Shown here: piece after piece, positions 10,732 to 20,574 of the stretch
Numbering within the stretch: position 1 is the first letter of the stretch
How the letters are laid out: each line of letters starts with the position of its first letter
NCBI GenBank assembly: GCA_963708165.1
Contig: OY970187.1
Location: forward strand, 1,002,542 to 1,066,541
DNA: 64,000 bases
Reading direction: 5' to 3'
Source of the DNA: Rubricoccaceae bacterium
GTDB lineage: Bacteria > Bacteroidota > Rhodothermia > Rhodothermales > Rubricoccaceae
Made by a program: the position numbers and the translations under genes
Notes under the pieces: model-generated
The model's input: only the letters and a program-made list of their open reading frames with translations
The model's database searches: none
Told to the model about the DNA's origin: nothing

Positions 10732-10828
10732 CGCCAGAGGCCTCTGGCGTCCCAGCTCTGCTGGCCTCTGGCGAGCCCCTGGCCTCGCGTGCGCCCGCCA
10801 GAGGCCGTGTTAGGACGCGCCTCTGGCG
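10732..10828. repeat. Cluster of five decamer copies in the recO/comEA divergent intergenic region
   Basis: Copies at 10732-10749 (dimer), 10764, 10796, 10819. Confidence 0.95.
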
Positions 10829-10856
10829 GTGTCTAGCCGGCGCCCTCTCCTCTACG

Positions 10857-11441
10857 ATGCGCGCCCTCTACACCCTCCAGACCCGTCTCGGCCTGACGGC
10901 TCCCGAGGGCTCGGCGCTGCTCGTGCTGGCGCTCATGGGTGCCTTTGGCGTCGGCGCGCTGGAAGTGCAGCAGCGGTTTGGTGCGCCATCTGCGGCGCTC
11001 TACGCCGAGTCCGACGCGGCCTTTGCCGCCGCCTCGCGCGCGGCCCCGCCTGCCGCGCAGATGCTGGAGCCCAGCGCCGCGCCGTTCGCCCTGCTGGACT
11101 CGCTGCCATCGCCAGAGGTGCAAGACCTGGCCTCTGGCGCAAACGTGGTGACGCCAGGCGACGAGCCGCCAGAGGCCACTGGCGAGGCGCCGGTAGCGGA
11201 GGCGGCGCCTCCTGTCCGAGCCGGGCGCGCGGCCGGGCAAAAGGTGAACGGGCGCGCCAACCTCAACACCGCGAGCCTGACCGAGCTTCAACGCTTACCG
11301 GGCGTCGGTCCTGCCATCGCGCAGCGCATCGTGGACTACCGCAACCAGAACGGACCGTTTCGCAGCGTGGACGGGATCAGCGCGGTTAAAGGCATCGGCC
11401 CGAAAACGCTGGAAAAGATGCGGCCCTACGCGTTCCTCTAA
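10857..11441 (+). CDS. comEA: ComEA family helix-hairpin-helix DNA-binding protein
   Basis: N-terminal TM segment, linker, [28 protein letters not shown]...F.SVD....[11 protein letters not shown]. Confidence 0.9.
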   Translation: MRALYTLQTRLGLTAPEGSALLVLALMGAFGVGALEVQQRFGAPSAALYAESDAAFAAASRAAPPAAQMLEPSAAPFALLDSLPSPEVQDLASGANVVTPGDEPPEATGEAPVAEAAPPVRAGRAAGQKVNGRANLNTASLTELQRLPGVGPAIAQRIVDYRNQNGPFRSVDGISAVKGIGPKTLEKMRPYAFL

Positions 11442-11487
11442 CGGGTTCTGGCGGCTCGCTCCGCTCGCGGTTCTGGGCACCAGATCC

Positions 11488-11511
11488 GTAGCGTCGCGGC
11501 ATGCCGCGACG
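11488..11511 (+). repeat. GTAG-led REP-like hairpin
   Basis: GTAG followed by the perfect palindrome CGTCGCGGCATGCCGCGACG downstream of comEA. Confidence 0.5.
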
Positions 11512-11582
11512 AAGCCGCCCGTTTTCTTCGGTGCTCGCCTCTGGCGCCCGAGGCGGAACTTTTCGAACGCCGCGGGGCCTTA

Positions 11583-11610
11583 CGCATCCCGCATCCCGCA
11601 TCCCGCATTC
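11583..11610 (+). repeat. Heptamer tandem repeat (CGCATCC)x4 upstream of glgA
   Basis: cgcatcc cgcatcc cgcatcc cgcattc. Confidence 0.85.
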
Positions 11611-11621
11611 CTCCTGAGCGC

Positions 11622-13082
11622 ATGACCGTCCTCCATCTCGCCGCCGAGTGCGCCCCGTTCGCCAAAGTTGGCGGCCTCGCCGATGTCGTCGGTGCGTTGC
11701 CGGGCGCGCTCGCCAGCCTGGGCGTCGACAGCGCCGGTCTGATGCCGCTCTACGGCGGGCCCGAGGGCACGGTCGCGCAGAAAGCCGGGCCTCTTGCGCC
11801 GGTCGCCAGCGGCGAGATTGTCTACGGCGGTGAGCCTCTGGCGTACCACGTGTTTCGCGCCGAGCGCGAGGACGGCGCGCCGCTGTTCCTGCTCCACCAG
11901 CCCGAGCATTTTGGCGCCGAGGGTGTCTACTTCGGCCCTGGCAACCTGCCGTTTGCCAACGCAGACGACCGCTTCCCGGTCTTTCAACTCGCCGCTCTGG
12001 ACTGGCTGAGTGCGGGCGCCAGCGGCTTCGCGCCCGACGTACTGCACGTGCACGATCATCACGTCGGCTTCGTCCCCGTGCTGCTCCAGCACGACGCTCG
12101 CTTCGCGCCTCTGGCGAGCGTGCCGACCGTGTTCACCGTCCACAGCGCCGATCACCAGGGATGGGCGCCAGAGGCGGTCTGGGAGCGCATGGGCACGCCC
12201 AACGTGGCGCCAGAGGCCCTCCGCCTTGGCGACACGCTCAACAGCATGAAGGCCGCGCTCCGCTTCGCCAGCGCGGTCACGACGGTCAGCCCGAGCTACG
12301 CCGAGGAGCTCCAGACCGACGACGACATGGCGCACGGCCTGGCCGAGGAGTTCCGCCGCGCCGCGCCCAAGTTCACCGGCATCGTCAACGGTGTGGAGAC
12401 CGCCGAGTGGAACCCAGCCACCGACCGCCACCTGCCTGCCACCTTCGCCTCTGGCGACCTGAGCGGCAAAACCGAGACACAGCGCGCCGTCCGCGCCGAA
12501 CTGGGTCTCGACGCCAGAGGCCCGCTGCTGACGTTCGTCGGGCGGCTCATGCGCGAAAAGGGCGCCGAGATCCTGCCGGGAGCCCTCGCGCAGATTCTTG
12601 CCGAGACCGACGCACGGATTGCCATTCTGGGCTCCGGCGCTCCCGAGTACGAAGCGCAGTTCCGCGACCTGGCCTCTGGCGCCGACCCCAGCCGCCTGTC
12701 GGTGACGCTCGCCTTCGACAACGCACTCGCGCACCGCCTCTACGCCGCGGGCGACTTTTTCCTGATGCCCTCGCAGAGCGAGCCTTGCGGCCTGGGCCAG
12801 CTCTACGCGATGGGCTACGGCACGCCGCCGGTCGTCCACGCCGTGGGCGGCCTGCGCGATACCGTCACGCCATGGAGCGGCTTGCCAGAGGCCTCTGGCG
12901 TCGGTTTTGTGTTCGAGACGTTTACCGAAGCCGCCTTCGTCGGCGCGGTCAAAGAGGCGCTGGCGGTGTTCGCCGCGCCAGAGGCCTACGCCCGGCTGCA
13001 GCAGAACGGCATGGCCGCGGATCACTCCTGGACGGCCTCGGCACGCACCTATGTGGACCTCTACCACGCGCTCACGGCCTAG
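11622..13082 (+). CDS. glgA: Glycogen synthase
   Basis: AECAPFAKVGGLADV (KxGGL), HVHDHH, TTVSPSYAEE, MPSQSEPCGLGQL. Confidence 0.95.
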   Translation: MTVLHLAAECAPFAKVGGLADVVGALPGALASLGVDSAGLMPLYGGPEGTVAQKAGPLAPVASGEIVYGGEPLAYHVFRAEREDGAPLFLLHQPEHFGAEGVYFGPGNLPFANADDRFPVFQLAALDWLSAGASGFAPDVLHVHDHHVGFVPVLLQHDARFAPLASVPTVFTVHSADHQGWAPEAVWERMGTPNVAPEALRLGDTLNSMKAALRFASAVTTVSPSYAEELQTDDDMAHGLAEEFRRAAPKFTGIVNGVETAEWNPATDRHLPATFASGDLSGKTETQRAVRAELGLDARGPLLTFVGRLMREKGAEILPGALAQILAETDARIAILGSGAPEYEAQFRDLASGADPSRLSVTLAFDNALAHRLYAAGDFFLMPSQSEPCGLGQLYAMGYGTPPVVHAVGGLRDTVTPWSGLPEASGVGFVFETFTEAAFVGAVKEALAVFAAPEAYARLQQNGMAADHSWTASARTYVDLYHALTA

Positions 13083-13212
13083 CCTCTGGCGGCCTGCCCT
13101 GAGCGCAGCCGAATGGGCCAGAGCCTGACCCGCGCTCCTCGCTTTCGCGCCAGAGGCCGGATTCTTTGCGCGTGCATGTGCGTAGCCTACCCCTCTCCCC
13201 TCCTCTCTTGTC

Positions 13213-14481
13213 ATGCGCGACACGCTCGCAGTCATCCTCGGCGGCGGCGCCGGGACCCGGCTCTTCCCCCTTACCGACCACCGCTCCAAGCCTGCCGTGC
13301 CTCTGGCGGGGAAGTACCGCCTGATCGACGTGCCGATCTCGAACTGCATCAACAGCGAGTTGCTGCGCATGTTCGTACTCACGCAGTACAACTCCGCGAG
13401 CCTCAATCGGCACGTCTCGCGCTCGTACCGCTTCGACCGCTTCGGTCATGGCTTTGTAAGCGTCCTCGCCGCCGAGCAGACCGCCGATTCCAAGGAGTGG
13501 TTTCAGGGCACCGCAGACGCCGTGCGCCAGGTACTGCCGCACATCAACCCGTACCCGCACCGCCGCGTGCTCGTCCTCTCCGGCGATCAGCTGTACCGGA
13601 TGAACTTCAAGGACTTCGGAGAGCACCACAACGCCTCTGGCGCCGACCTGACCGTCGCCACGATCCCCGTCACCGCCGACGAGGCGCCCGCGTTCGGCAT
13701 CCTTAAGACCGATGCCGACGGCGTCATCACAGAGTTCCACGAGAAGCCGGCCCGAGACCAACTCGATGGCCTCGAAAGCCCGGTCTCCGACGCCATGCAG
13801 GCGCAGGGGCGCATCTACCTCGCGAGCATGGGCATCTACATGTTCGAGCGCGGCGCGCTGGGAGACGTGCTGGCCTCCAACCCCGAGGACATCGACTTTG
13901 GCAAGCAGATCATCCCCACCGCCATCGAGCAGCGGCGCGTGGTGAGCTACCCGCACGACGGCTACTGGTCCGACATCGGAACCGTGCGCTCGTTCTATGA
14001 GGCCAATATCGACCTCGCGATGCCGCAGCCGCTGTTCGACCTCTACGACGAGGACGCACCACTCTACACGCGCGCGCGGATGCTTCCGCCCGCGAAGATG
14101 CAGAACTGCCACGTCCGCGATTCCATCATCGGCGAAGGCTCCGTCATCACCAACGCGACCATCGAGAGCTCGGTCGTCGGCATTCGCTCCTACATCAATG
14201 AGGGCGCGACGCTGCGCCGAACGGTCATGCTGGGCGCAGACTACCTGCCGTGGCGCGCCGCAGACCGCCGCCCCGGCGTCGACCCGCCCGCGAGTCCCGG
14301 CGTCGGGCCACGCAGCCTCGTCGAAGGCGCCATCATCGACAAAAACGTCCAGATCGGCGCCGACTGCCGCATCACTGACGCCCGCGACAAGCCCGACACC
14401 GACGGTGACGGGTGGTACATCCGCGACGGCGTGATCGTGCTCGCCAAGAACGCTGTCATCCCGGACGGGACGGTGATATAG
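13213..14481 (+). CDS. glgC: Glucose-1-phosphate adenylyltransferase
   Basis: ILGGGAGTRLFPLT..RSKPAVP, WFQGTADAVRQ, LASMGIY, YWSDIGT. Confidence 0.97.
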   Translation: MRDTLAVILGGGAGTRLFPLTDHRSKPAVPLAGKYRLIDVPISNCINSELLRMFVLTQYNSASLNRHVSRSYRFDRFGHGFVSVLAAEQTADSKEWFQGTADAVRQVLPHINPYPHRRVLVLSGDQLYRMNFKDFGEHHNASGADLTVATIPVTADEAPAFGILKTDADGVITEFHEKPARDQLDGLESPVSDAMQAQGRIYLASMGIYMFERGALGDVLASNPEDIDFGKQIIPTAIEQRRVVSYPHDGYWSDIGTVRSFYEANIDLAMPQPLFDLYDEDAPLYTRARMLPPAKMQNCHVRDSIIGEGSVITNATIESSVVGIRSYINEGATLRRTVMLGADYLPWRAADRRPGVDPPASPGVGPRSLVEGAIIDKNVQIGADCRITDARDKPDTDGDGWYIRDGVIVLAKNAVIPDGTVI

Positions 14482-14584
14482 GACAGAGCTCGGCGCCAGA
14501 GGCCTCTGGCGTTTGAGCCGCCTATCGCGGGAGAGGTCAGGGGCGTGAGCGTCTGCTTCTTGCGGTACGCCCTCCCATCCATCT

Positions 14585-14740
14585 ATGGCTCTCCCTCTCC
14601 GCCTCGCCATCGGAGAAGACCGCGCCGAGCTCCGCCAGAGGCTCGCGCAGCGCCTCGCGCTCTTCGACGGCGTGGACGTGCTCTTCGCCTCCGGGAACGG
14701 TGCGGCGTTTCTCGCCGATCTCGCGCTCGTACCTCTGGCG
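14585..14740 (+). pseudogene. Truncated response-regulator receiver remnant
   Basis: MALPLRLAIGEDRAELRQRLAQRLALFDGVDVLFASGNGAAFL resembles REC beta1-alpha1-beta2-alpha2; similarity stops before the phospho-Asp strand, at a decamer core. Confidence 0.6.
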
Positions 14741-14873
14741 GATTCAAACGTCTCGCGTGAAAGAGGACGGGTTCGGCGGCTGAAATCGCGCCTGCACCGC
14801 GGTAGAAGCTCCGGGGATCCTAGCAAGCGGACGACAGGTATCATGCACCTCTGTCTACTGACATCCCCACCCT

Positions 14874-15356
14874 ATGCGCCGCCTTCTCCTTCTTCTCGTT
14901 CTTCCTCTCGCCCTCACCGCTTGTGACTCGGGCGAGGACGACGACATGGTCACCAGCGTCCGCATCACCGGCATCACCGCAGACGCAATTCCTGCCACCA
15001 AGGCCGATGGCTCCGACTGGGACAACGCGGTCGGCGGCGGCGGCCCCGACGTGTACGTGCGTGTCCGCCTGGACGGCGTAGAGGTGCGGAGCACGCGCAA
15101 CGATGAGTACAGCGACCTCGACCAGGACGAACTCCCCGCGATGCTCGACCTCGGTGACCCTATCGAGCTCAACCAACTCGCGCGTGCGCTTTCCTTCCAG
15201 GTCGTCGACCGCGACGGCGGTGCCGCCACGGCTGATGACGTTATGGGTACGACAGGGCAAGTCTCGCTGCAGTCGCTTGCTGATGACAACACGCGCGTGC
15301 GCTCGTTTACGAGCACCGAAGGCGTCAACCTCCGCGTCACGTTTACGTACAACTAA
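14874..15356 (+). CDS. Hypothetical lipoprotein (C2-like fold suspected)
   Basis: Lipobox LTAC; DGSDWD...PDVYV...VVDRD...DDVMG. Confidence 0.78.
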   Translation: MRRLLLLLVLPLALTACDSGEDDDMVTSVRITGITADAIPATKADGSDWDNAVGGGGPDVYVRVRLDGVEVRSTRNDEYSDLDQDELPAMLDLGDPIELNQLARALSFQVVDRDGGAATADDVMGTTGQVSLQSLADDNTRVRSFTSTEGVNLRVTFTYN

Positions 15357-15454
15357 GCCTCTGGCGCCAGAGGCTTTCGGCCTCGCGTGCACACCGGCTG
15401 GGCGCTGGCGCGATCTTCCGCGTCAGCGCCCTTTTTGTTTGCCCTGCACTGCCG

Positions 15455-15940
15455 ATGCCGTCCTCCCTTCGCCTTCTACCTCTCGCGCTCCTCGTCTTCG
15501 TTGCGGGGTGCGACTCCGTAGGCCTTCGCGCCGACGACGTGCGCCGCGGGTTGGTCTACGAACTCGTGCTCGAAGACTCTCCAGCGACGCAGCCCGATGG
15601 GAACGACTGGGACAGCGGGATCACGCAGCCCAACCCCGACATCTACCTCGTCATCGAGACGGCAGACGGGCGCGTGATTGCGGAGACTGAACCTCTGGCA
15701 AACGTCGATCCCCGCGACCTCCCTGTGATCTATCCCGTCCCGTCGCTCGAGATCGGCCTCGACGAGGAGATCTTTATCGTCGCGTTTGACGACGACGGAC
15801 TGCTGGCCGACGAGTTCATGGACGAGATCGGCCCCGTCTTTCTCCGCGACTACCTGACGGACGACCTCGACGAGTCATTTCGCGTCTTCGGCGAGAGCGG
15901 CGAGATCGAGGTGCGGATGCGCGTCGAGTGGGACGACTGA
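15455..15940 (+). CDS. Hypothetical lipoprotein, paralog of upstream gene
   Basis: Lipobox VAGC; DGNDWD...PDIYL...AFDDD...DEFMD. Confidence 0.78.
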   Translation: MPSSLRLLPLALLVFVAGCDSVGLRADDVRRGLVYELVLEDSPATQPDGNDWDSGITQPNPDIYLVIETADGRVIAETEPLANVDPRDLPVIYPVPSLEIGLDEEIFIVAFDDDGLLADEFMDEIGPVFLRDYLTDDLDESFRVFGESGEIEVRMRVEWDD

Positions 15941-15960
15941 GACGCTCTACCAAAACGGTC

Positions 15961-16039
15961 GTCATTGCGAGCGAAGCCCGGCCATCTCGTGCAGGTGAGC
16001 GCTGAGTGACCAGATCGCCGCGTCGCTCCTTGCGATGAC
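15961..16039. repeat. GTCATTGCGAG-type palindromic intergenic element (REP/RPE/MITE-like)
   Basis: Imperfect terminal IR GTCATTGCGAG...CTTGCGATGAC; its first 17 bp are the reverse complement of 56353-56369. Confidence 0.65.
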
Positions 16040-16138
16040 AACCGCTTTCAGGCAGTTTAAACACCGGCGCCGCACGGCTTCCCCAGAGGCCTCTGGCGAC
16101 TCGTGCCAGAACCTGGCCCCAGCCTCTGGCGCCAGAGG

Positions 16139-17122
16139 CTAGCTGAGCAGCGCCGTAAGCTGCAGGAGGTCGTAGTCGACTTCTTTCTTGCGGCCCCACA
16201 CGTTGCGGATGGGCGTGAGTTTGACGTCGTTGTTGACGATGCCCACCATCACGCCCGAGTGGCCTTCGAGGAGCGCCTCGACGGCCGCGTTGCCCAAGCG
16301 GCTCGCGATGACGCGGTCGCGCGCGGTAGGACTGCCGCCGCGCTGCACGTGGCCCAGCACGGTCACGCGCGTGTCGATGTCGTCAAATGCGCCATCGTCG
16401 CGCAGAGCCTCAGCGATCTTCTGCGCGCCGCCCAGTTCGTCGCCCTCGGCTACAACGACGATGCTCGACCGGCTCTGGCTCGACATCAGCGAGAGGATGC
16501 GCTCCTTGATCGCGCCCATGTCGGTCAGCATCTCGGGGATGAGCACCAGTTCGGCGCCGCCGCCGATGCCGCACGAGAGCGCGATAAAGCCCGTATCGCG
16601 GCCCATCACCTCGATCAGGAACAGCCGGTCGTGCGCGTCGGCGGTGTCGCGGATCTTGTCGATGGACTCCAGCGCAGTGTTGAGCGCCGAGTCGAACCCG
16701 ATGGTCTCGTCGGTTCCGAAGAGGTCGTTGTCGATGGTGCCGGGGCAGCCCACGACCGCGATGCCGTGCTCCTCTCCCAGGCGCGTCGCGCCTTCCAGCG
16801 TACCGTCCCCGCCGATGGCGACGAGCGCATCGACGCCGAACGCCTTGAGGTGCTCCGCAGCGCGCTCACGTCCCTCGGCCGTACGAAACGCCTTGCTACG
16901 CGCGCTCTTGAGGATCGTCCCGCCCTGCTGCAAGATGTTGGAGACAGACAGCCGGTCCATCTCCACAAAGTCGCCGTCGATCATGCCCGCGTAGCCACGC
17001 CGGATGCCCATGACCTCCAGGCCTTCGGCAAGGGCGCGGCGCACAGCGGCGCGGATGCACGCGTTCATGCCGGGGGCGTCACCGCCAGAGGTAAACACGC
17101 CGATGCGGGAAAGCTCCTTCAC
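16139..17122 (-). CDS. pfkA: 6-phosphofructokinase
   Basis: TSGGDAPGMNA, IGGDGT, PGTIDND, EVMGR, LGHVQRGG. Confidence 0.97.
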   Translation of the reverse strand: MKELSRIGVFTSGGDAPGMNACIRAAVRRALAEGLEVMGIRRGYAGMIDGDFVEMDRLSVSNILQQGGTILKSARSKAFRTAEGRERAAEHLKAFGVDALVAIGGDGTLEGATRLGEEHGIAVVGCPGTIDNDLFGTDETIGFDSALNTALESIDKIRDTADAHDRLFLIEVMGRDTGFIALSCGIGGGAELVLIPEMLTDMGAIKERILSLMSSQSRSSIVVVAEGDELGGAQKIAEALRDDGAFDDIDTRVTVLGHVQRGGSPTARDRVIASRLGNAAVEALLEGHSGVMVGIVNNDVKLTPIRNVWGRKKEVDYDLLQLTALLS

Positions 17123-17321
17123 AGGGCTCGGGGACTAGAGAGTGAGGACGGGCGAGAGCGGTAGACTAGCGCCACCTCTGGCGGCAGAGGCGGAAGGCTT
17201 ATCAAATACCTAAGCGACGCGTTCGCCACAGCTCCAGCGGCCTCTGGCGCCAGAGGCCCACGCGTCGGGAATGGAGCAGCAGCGGCAGGCGAGTTGACCA
17301 TGCCGCCAGAGGCCTCTGGCG

Positions 17322-18287
17322 CTAGCCGCGCGGATCGCGGGGCCGCACGAGCACGATGCCCACCTGCGAGCGGATGCCCTGGACATAGCTCTGTAGGTCG
17401 TTCGAGATCTTGACCTGCTCCGACGAAAGCGAGGCGTGCATAAAGCCCGTGTGCTGCGCCGTCTTGTGGACGAAGCCCGTGTGCGTCACGTCCAGACCGC
17501 CGATGCTGGTCGCGGTCGCGATGATGTCGCCCGCCTGCATAAAGTCGTAGGCCTCGGCGATGCGGTTTTGCGGGATGTAGAACAGCTCGGTCCCAGCCAA
17601 GTCCGCCTCGCGGTCCACGATGCACGAGAACGCCTCGTCCGACTGCAAGTGCGGGTACGCGTCGCGGTTATTCGACATGAAGTTGATTCGTTTGTCGAAC
17701 GTCTCGCCGCCAGAGGCCTGCGTGATGTTGGCGAGCACGCCGCGCGTCTGGTTGTCGCGGATCCAGTCCGAGAAGTAGTGGAGGCGCGAGCAGTAGGCGC
17801 CCATCTCGCCGCCGCGGTAACGCAGCTCGCGCACGCCGCGCGCGTAGCTCGCGTGGTCGGTCTGGCCGGTGGCGATGGCCTTGGCGAGCGAGAGCACGTT
17901 CTCGATGTAGAGCACGCAGTCGAAGGCGCGCAGCGTGACGACGAGCGTCTCCTCGCTCGGCTCGTCCAGCAGACCGCCCACATAGGGCTGGCCGATCATG
18001 GCCTCGCCCACTTTCTGCACCAACGCACCGTAGGGCAGCGCGGCCCAGTTCTCGGCCTCGGCGCGCGCCATCACGGTCGAGAACAGCGCCCGAGTCTCGG
18101 CGTCGAGCGCGACGAGCGTGTCTGCTGCGACGAGGTCCGCGTTGGTCGGCAGCGCGTTGGACGCGGGCGGCGCAGCGGCCTGCGCGATGGCAGCCTCTGG
18201 CGCGCGCGCCTCGGCGTCACCGGGATTGGAGCAGGCCGCGAGCGCGACGGAGAGCGCGAGCAGAAGTGTAGCGGGAACGGCAGGCAT
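17322..18287 (-). CDS. DUF1460 / AmiA-like NlpC/P60 amidase lipoprotein
   Basis: Lipobox LAAC; PYVGGLL, FDCVLYIE, RLHYFSDW, GLDVTHTG, HAS. Confidence 0.85.
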   Translation of the reverse strand: MPAVPATLLLALSVALAACSNPGDAEARAPEAAIAQAAAPPASNALPTNADLVAADTLVALDAETRALFSTVMARAEAENWAALPYGALVQKVGEAMIGQPYVGGLLDEPSEETLVVTLRAFDCVLYIENVLSLAKAIATGQTDHASYARGVRELRYRGGEMGAYCSRLHYFSDWIRDNQTRGVLANITQASGGETFDKRINFMSNNRDAYPHLQSDEAFSCIVDREADLAGTELFYIPQNRIAEAYDFMQAGDIIATATSIGGLDVTHTGFVHKTAQHTGFMHASLSSEQVKISNDLQSYVQGIRSQVGIVLVRPRDPRG

Positions 18288-18398
18288 AGGTCTTCGGGAG
18301 GGAGCAGGTGGAGAACGCCAGAGGCGCGAGGCTGTTGCGAGGCGTAGCCTCTGGCGCCCACGGATCTGTGTCGGGGCAGGCACGGCTGAAAGGGGGCG

Positions 18399-19016
18399 CT
18401 AAGCGGTCTCGCCAGAGGCTACGCGCTGTGCCAGTCTGGCGGGCTGGATCAGCGCGGTGGCGAGACGGTCTTCGTACGCCTCGCGGGAAATCTCGATCAC
18501 GCCCATCCGCGCGAGGTGATCGGTGTGCATCTGCACGTCCAGAAGCATAAAGCCTCTGGCGACGAGGTGCTCGACGAGATGTGCCAGCGCCACCTTGGAA
18601 GCGTCCGTTGCGTGGCTGAACATGCTCTCGCCGAAAAACGCCCCGCCGATGGCGACGCCGTACAAGCCGCCCGCGAGCGCGCCCGACTCGTCCCAGCACT
18701 CGACCGAGTGCGCGGCGCCCTGATGGTGCAACGAGGTGTAGGCCGCCTCCACCTCGGCCGAGATCCACGTCTGCTCGCGCCCCGGCGCGGGTGCGGCACA
18801 GGCCTCGATCACGCGCTCGAACGCCCGGTCTGTGGTGACGGAGTACGTGCCCCGGCGTAGCCTCTGGCGGAGCGAGCGCGAGGCGCGGAAGCCGTCGAGC
18901 GGCAAAATCGCGCGGGGGTCGGGCGCATACCAGTACACCGCGTCGTCCTCGTCGGGGTCGGCCATCGGGAAGTAGCCGATGCGGTAGGCGTGGAGCAGGA
19001 TCTCGGGCGTGAGCAT
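18399..19016 (-). CDS. aat: Leucyl/phenylalanyl-tRNA--protein transferase
   Basis: AYRIGYFPM, TWI, AHSVECW, GGLYGV, FFGESMFS, ASKVAL. Confidence 0.96.
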   Translation of the reverse strand: MLTPEILLHAYRIGYFPMADPDEDDAVYWYAPDPRAILPLDGFRASRSLRQRLRRGTYSVTTDRAFERVIEACAAPAPGREQTWISAEVEAAYTSLHHQGAAHSVECWDESGALAGGLYGVAIGGAFFGESMFSHATDASKVALAHLVEHLVARGFMLLDVQMHTDHLARMGVIEISREAYEDRLATALIQPARLAQRVASGETA

Positions 19017-19096
19017 AGGCGTGGCCGCAAGGTGAGCGCGCGCCGCCAGAGGCGCAACCCCTCCTCTGTATCTTGCCGCATCCCCTCCCGCACACC

Positions 19097-19612
19097 ATGT
19101 CTTCCTCTGCCTTCGGTCCCATCCAATCTCGCGTCGCCGGGGTCACCTTTACGATCGAGCACGATGGCACCACGCTGTTCGTCAACGGTGAGCCCAGCGA
19201 TGCGACCGTCCAAAAACTGGGCGAGTACGCGTATCTCTACATGGAGAACGGCAAGCCGCAGCGCGTGTATCTGGAGTTTAACGACGACGGCTCGATTGTG
19301 GGCACCGCCGACAGCCACCGGCTGCCGGTGGAGATCAAAACCAGCACGGACCTTCTGCTGGAATCCTTCGGGATGGACGCCGAGGAAGGAGGTGCGGACC
19401 GCGAGATTCGCGCGCCGATGCCGGGCCTCGTGTTGCGGCTCCTCGTCGCCGCTGGCGACACCGTCGAGGCCGGGCAAAGCGTAGCGGTGTTGGAGGCGAT
19501 GAAGATGGAGAACGAGCTCAAAGCGCCCGCTGCAGGCACCATCGCGGCGGTCCACACCGAAGAGGGCGCGGCGGTCGGGAAGAACGATCTGCTGATCGAA
19601 CTCGGCGAGTAG
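19097..19612 (+). CDS. Biotin carboxyl carrier (biotinyl-domain) protein
   Basis: APMPGLV...EAMKMENE biotinylation motif. Confidence 0.92.
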   Translation: MSSSAFGPIQSRVAGVTFTIEHDGTTLFVNGEPSDATVQKLGEYAYLYMENGKPQRVYLEFNDDGSIVGTADSHRLPVEIKTSTDLLLESFGMDAEEGGADREIRAPMPGLVLRLLVAAGDTVEAGQSVAVLEAMKMENELKAPAAGTIAAVHTEEGAAVGKNDLLIELGE

Positions 19613-19749
19613 CCTCTGGCGATACGCCTGAGCGCCTATGGCACGCCAGAGGCGTGGGCTACTCGGCCTCTGGCGAGGCCGGAGCCTCGGGTGCGCTCGC
19701 GACTGCGGTGTTGGCCTCTGGCGACGCCAGAGGCTCGGAGACCTCGGTC

Positions 19750-20574
19750 TCAGCAGCTCTCGGTCTCAGGGCTTTCGGTCATGCCCCACGTGCTGGCCGC
19801 GCGGTCTTTGGTCGCGATGAACAGCGCGATGCCCGCCGCAACGCTCGCATTGAGGCTTTCGGCCGGGCCGCGCATGGGAATCGCCGCGAGGCCGTCGCAG
19901 GCTTTGCGCGTGCTCGTGGCCAGCCCGCGCCCTTCGCTGCCGATGACCAGGACCGTCGCGCGGTCCCAGTCCCAGTCCCAAACCGTCGTCGCGCGGTCGT
20001 CGGCCTCTGGCGCGGCTTCCAACCCCACCACCCAGTAGCCGCGCTCCTTCATGGCGTTGAGCGCGCGCGCCATGTCTCGCGTGCGCGCCAGAGGCGCCTG
20101 CAGCGCAGTCCCTGCGCTGGCTTTGACGGCGGTCGCGGAAAGCGGTGCCATGCCTTTCTCCGTGACGACGATCACGTCGGCGCCCGCGGCGACGCCGCTG
20201 CGCAGGATGGCGCCGTAGTTGTGCGGGTCGCCCACGCCGTCGAGCGCGAGCACGAGCGGCTTGCGCTCGCGCACATCGTCGTTGGTGGGCGCGACCTGGC
20301 TGAGCAGATCGTCCACGTCGCGGTAGGCGATGGGCGCCACGAGCGCGACCACACCCTGGTGACCGGCGCCCTTGGCCGCGCGCTCCAGTGCCTGCTGCGG
20401 CACCATCTGCACGGGCACACCGGCGCCGCTGGCGGCCTTGCGGATTTTTTCCAGCGCGCCTTCGATGCGCCCGCCGCTGCCGCGCGCGAGCATGACCTTC
20501 TCGATGCGCGCCGGGTCGGCGTCGATGAGTTCGCGGACGGGGTTGCGCCCCGCAACGATGGTCGTGTCGGTCAT
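19750..20574 (-). CDS. rlmB: 23S rRNA Gm2251 methyltransferase RlmB (TrmH family)
   Basis: GRNPV, HQGVVA, DPHNYGAILRS, IGSEGRG, IPMRG..ESLNASVA. Confidence 0.93.
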   Translation of the reverse strand: MTDTTIVAGRNPVRELIDADPARIEKVMLARGSGGRIEGALEKIRKAASGAGVPVQMVPQQALERAAKGAGHQGVVALVAPIAYRDVDDLLSQVAPTNDDVRERKPLVLALDGVGDPHNYGAILRSGVAAGADVIVVTEKGMAPLSATAVKASAGTALQAPLARTRDMARALNAMKERGYWVVGLEAAPEADDRATTVWDWDWDRATVLVIGSEGRGLATSTRKACDGLAAIPMRGPAESLNASVAAGIALFIATKDRAASTWGMTESPETESC

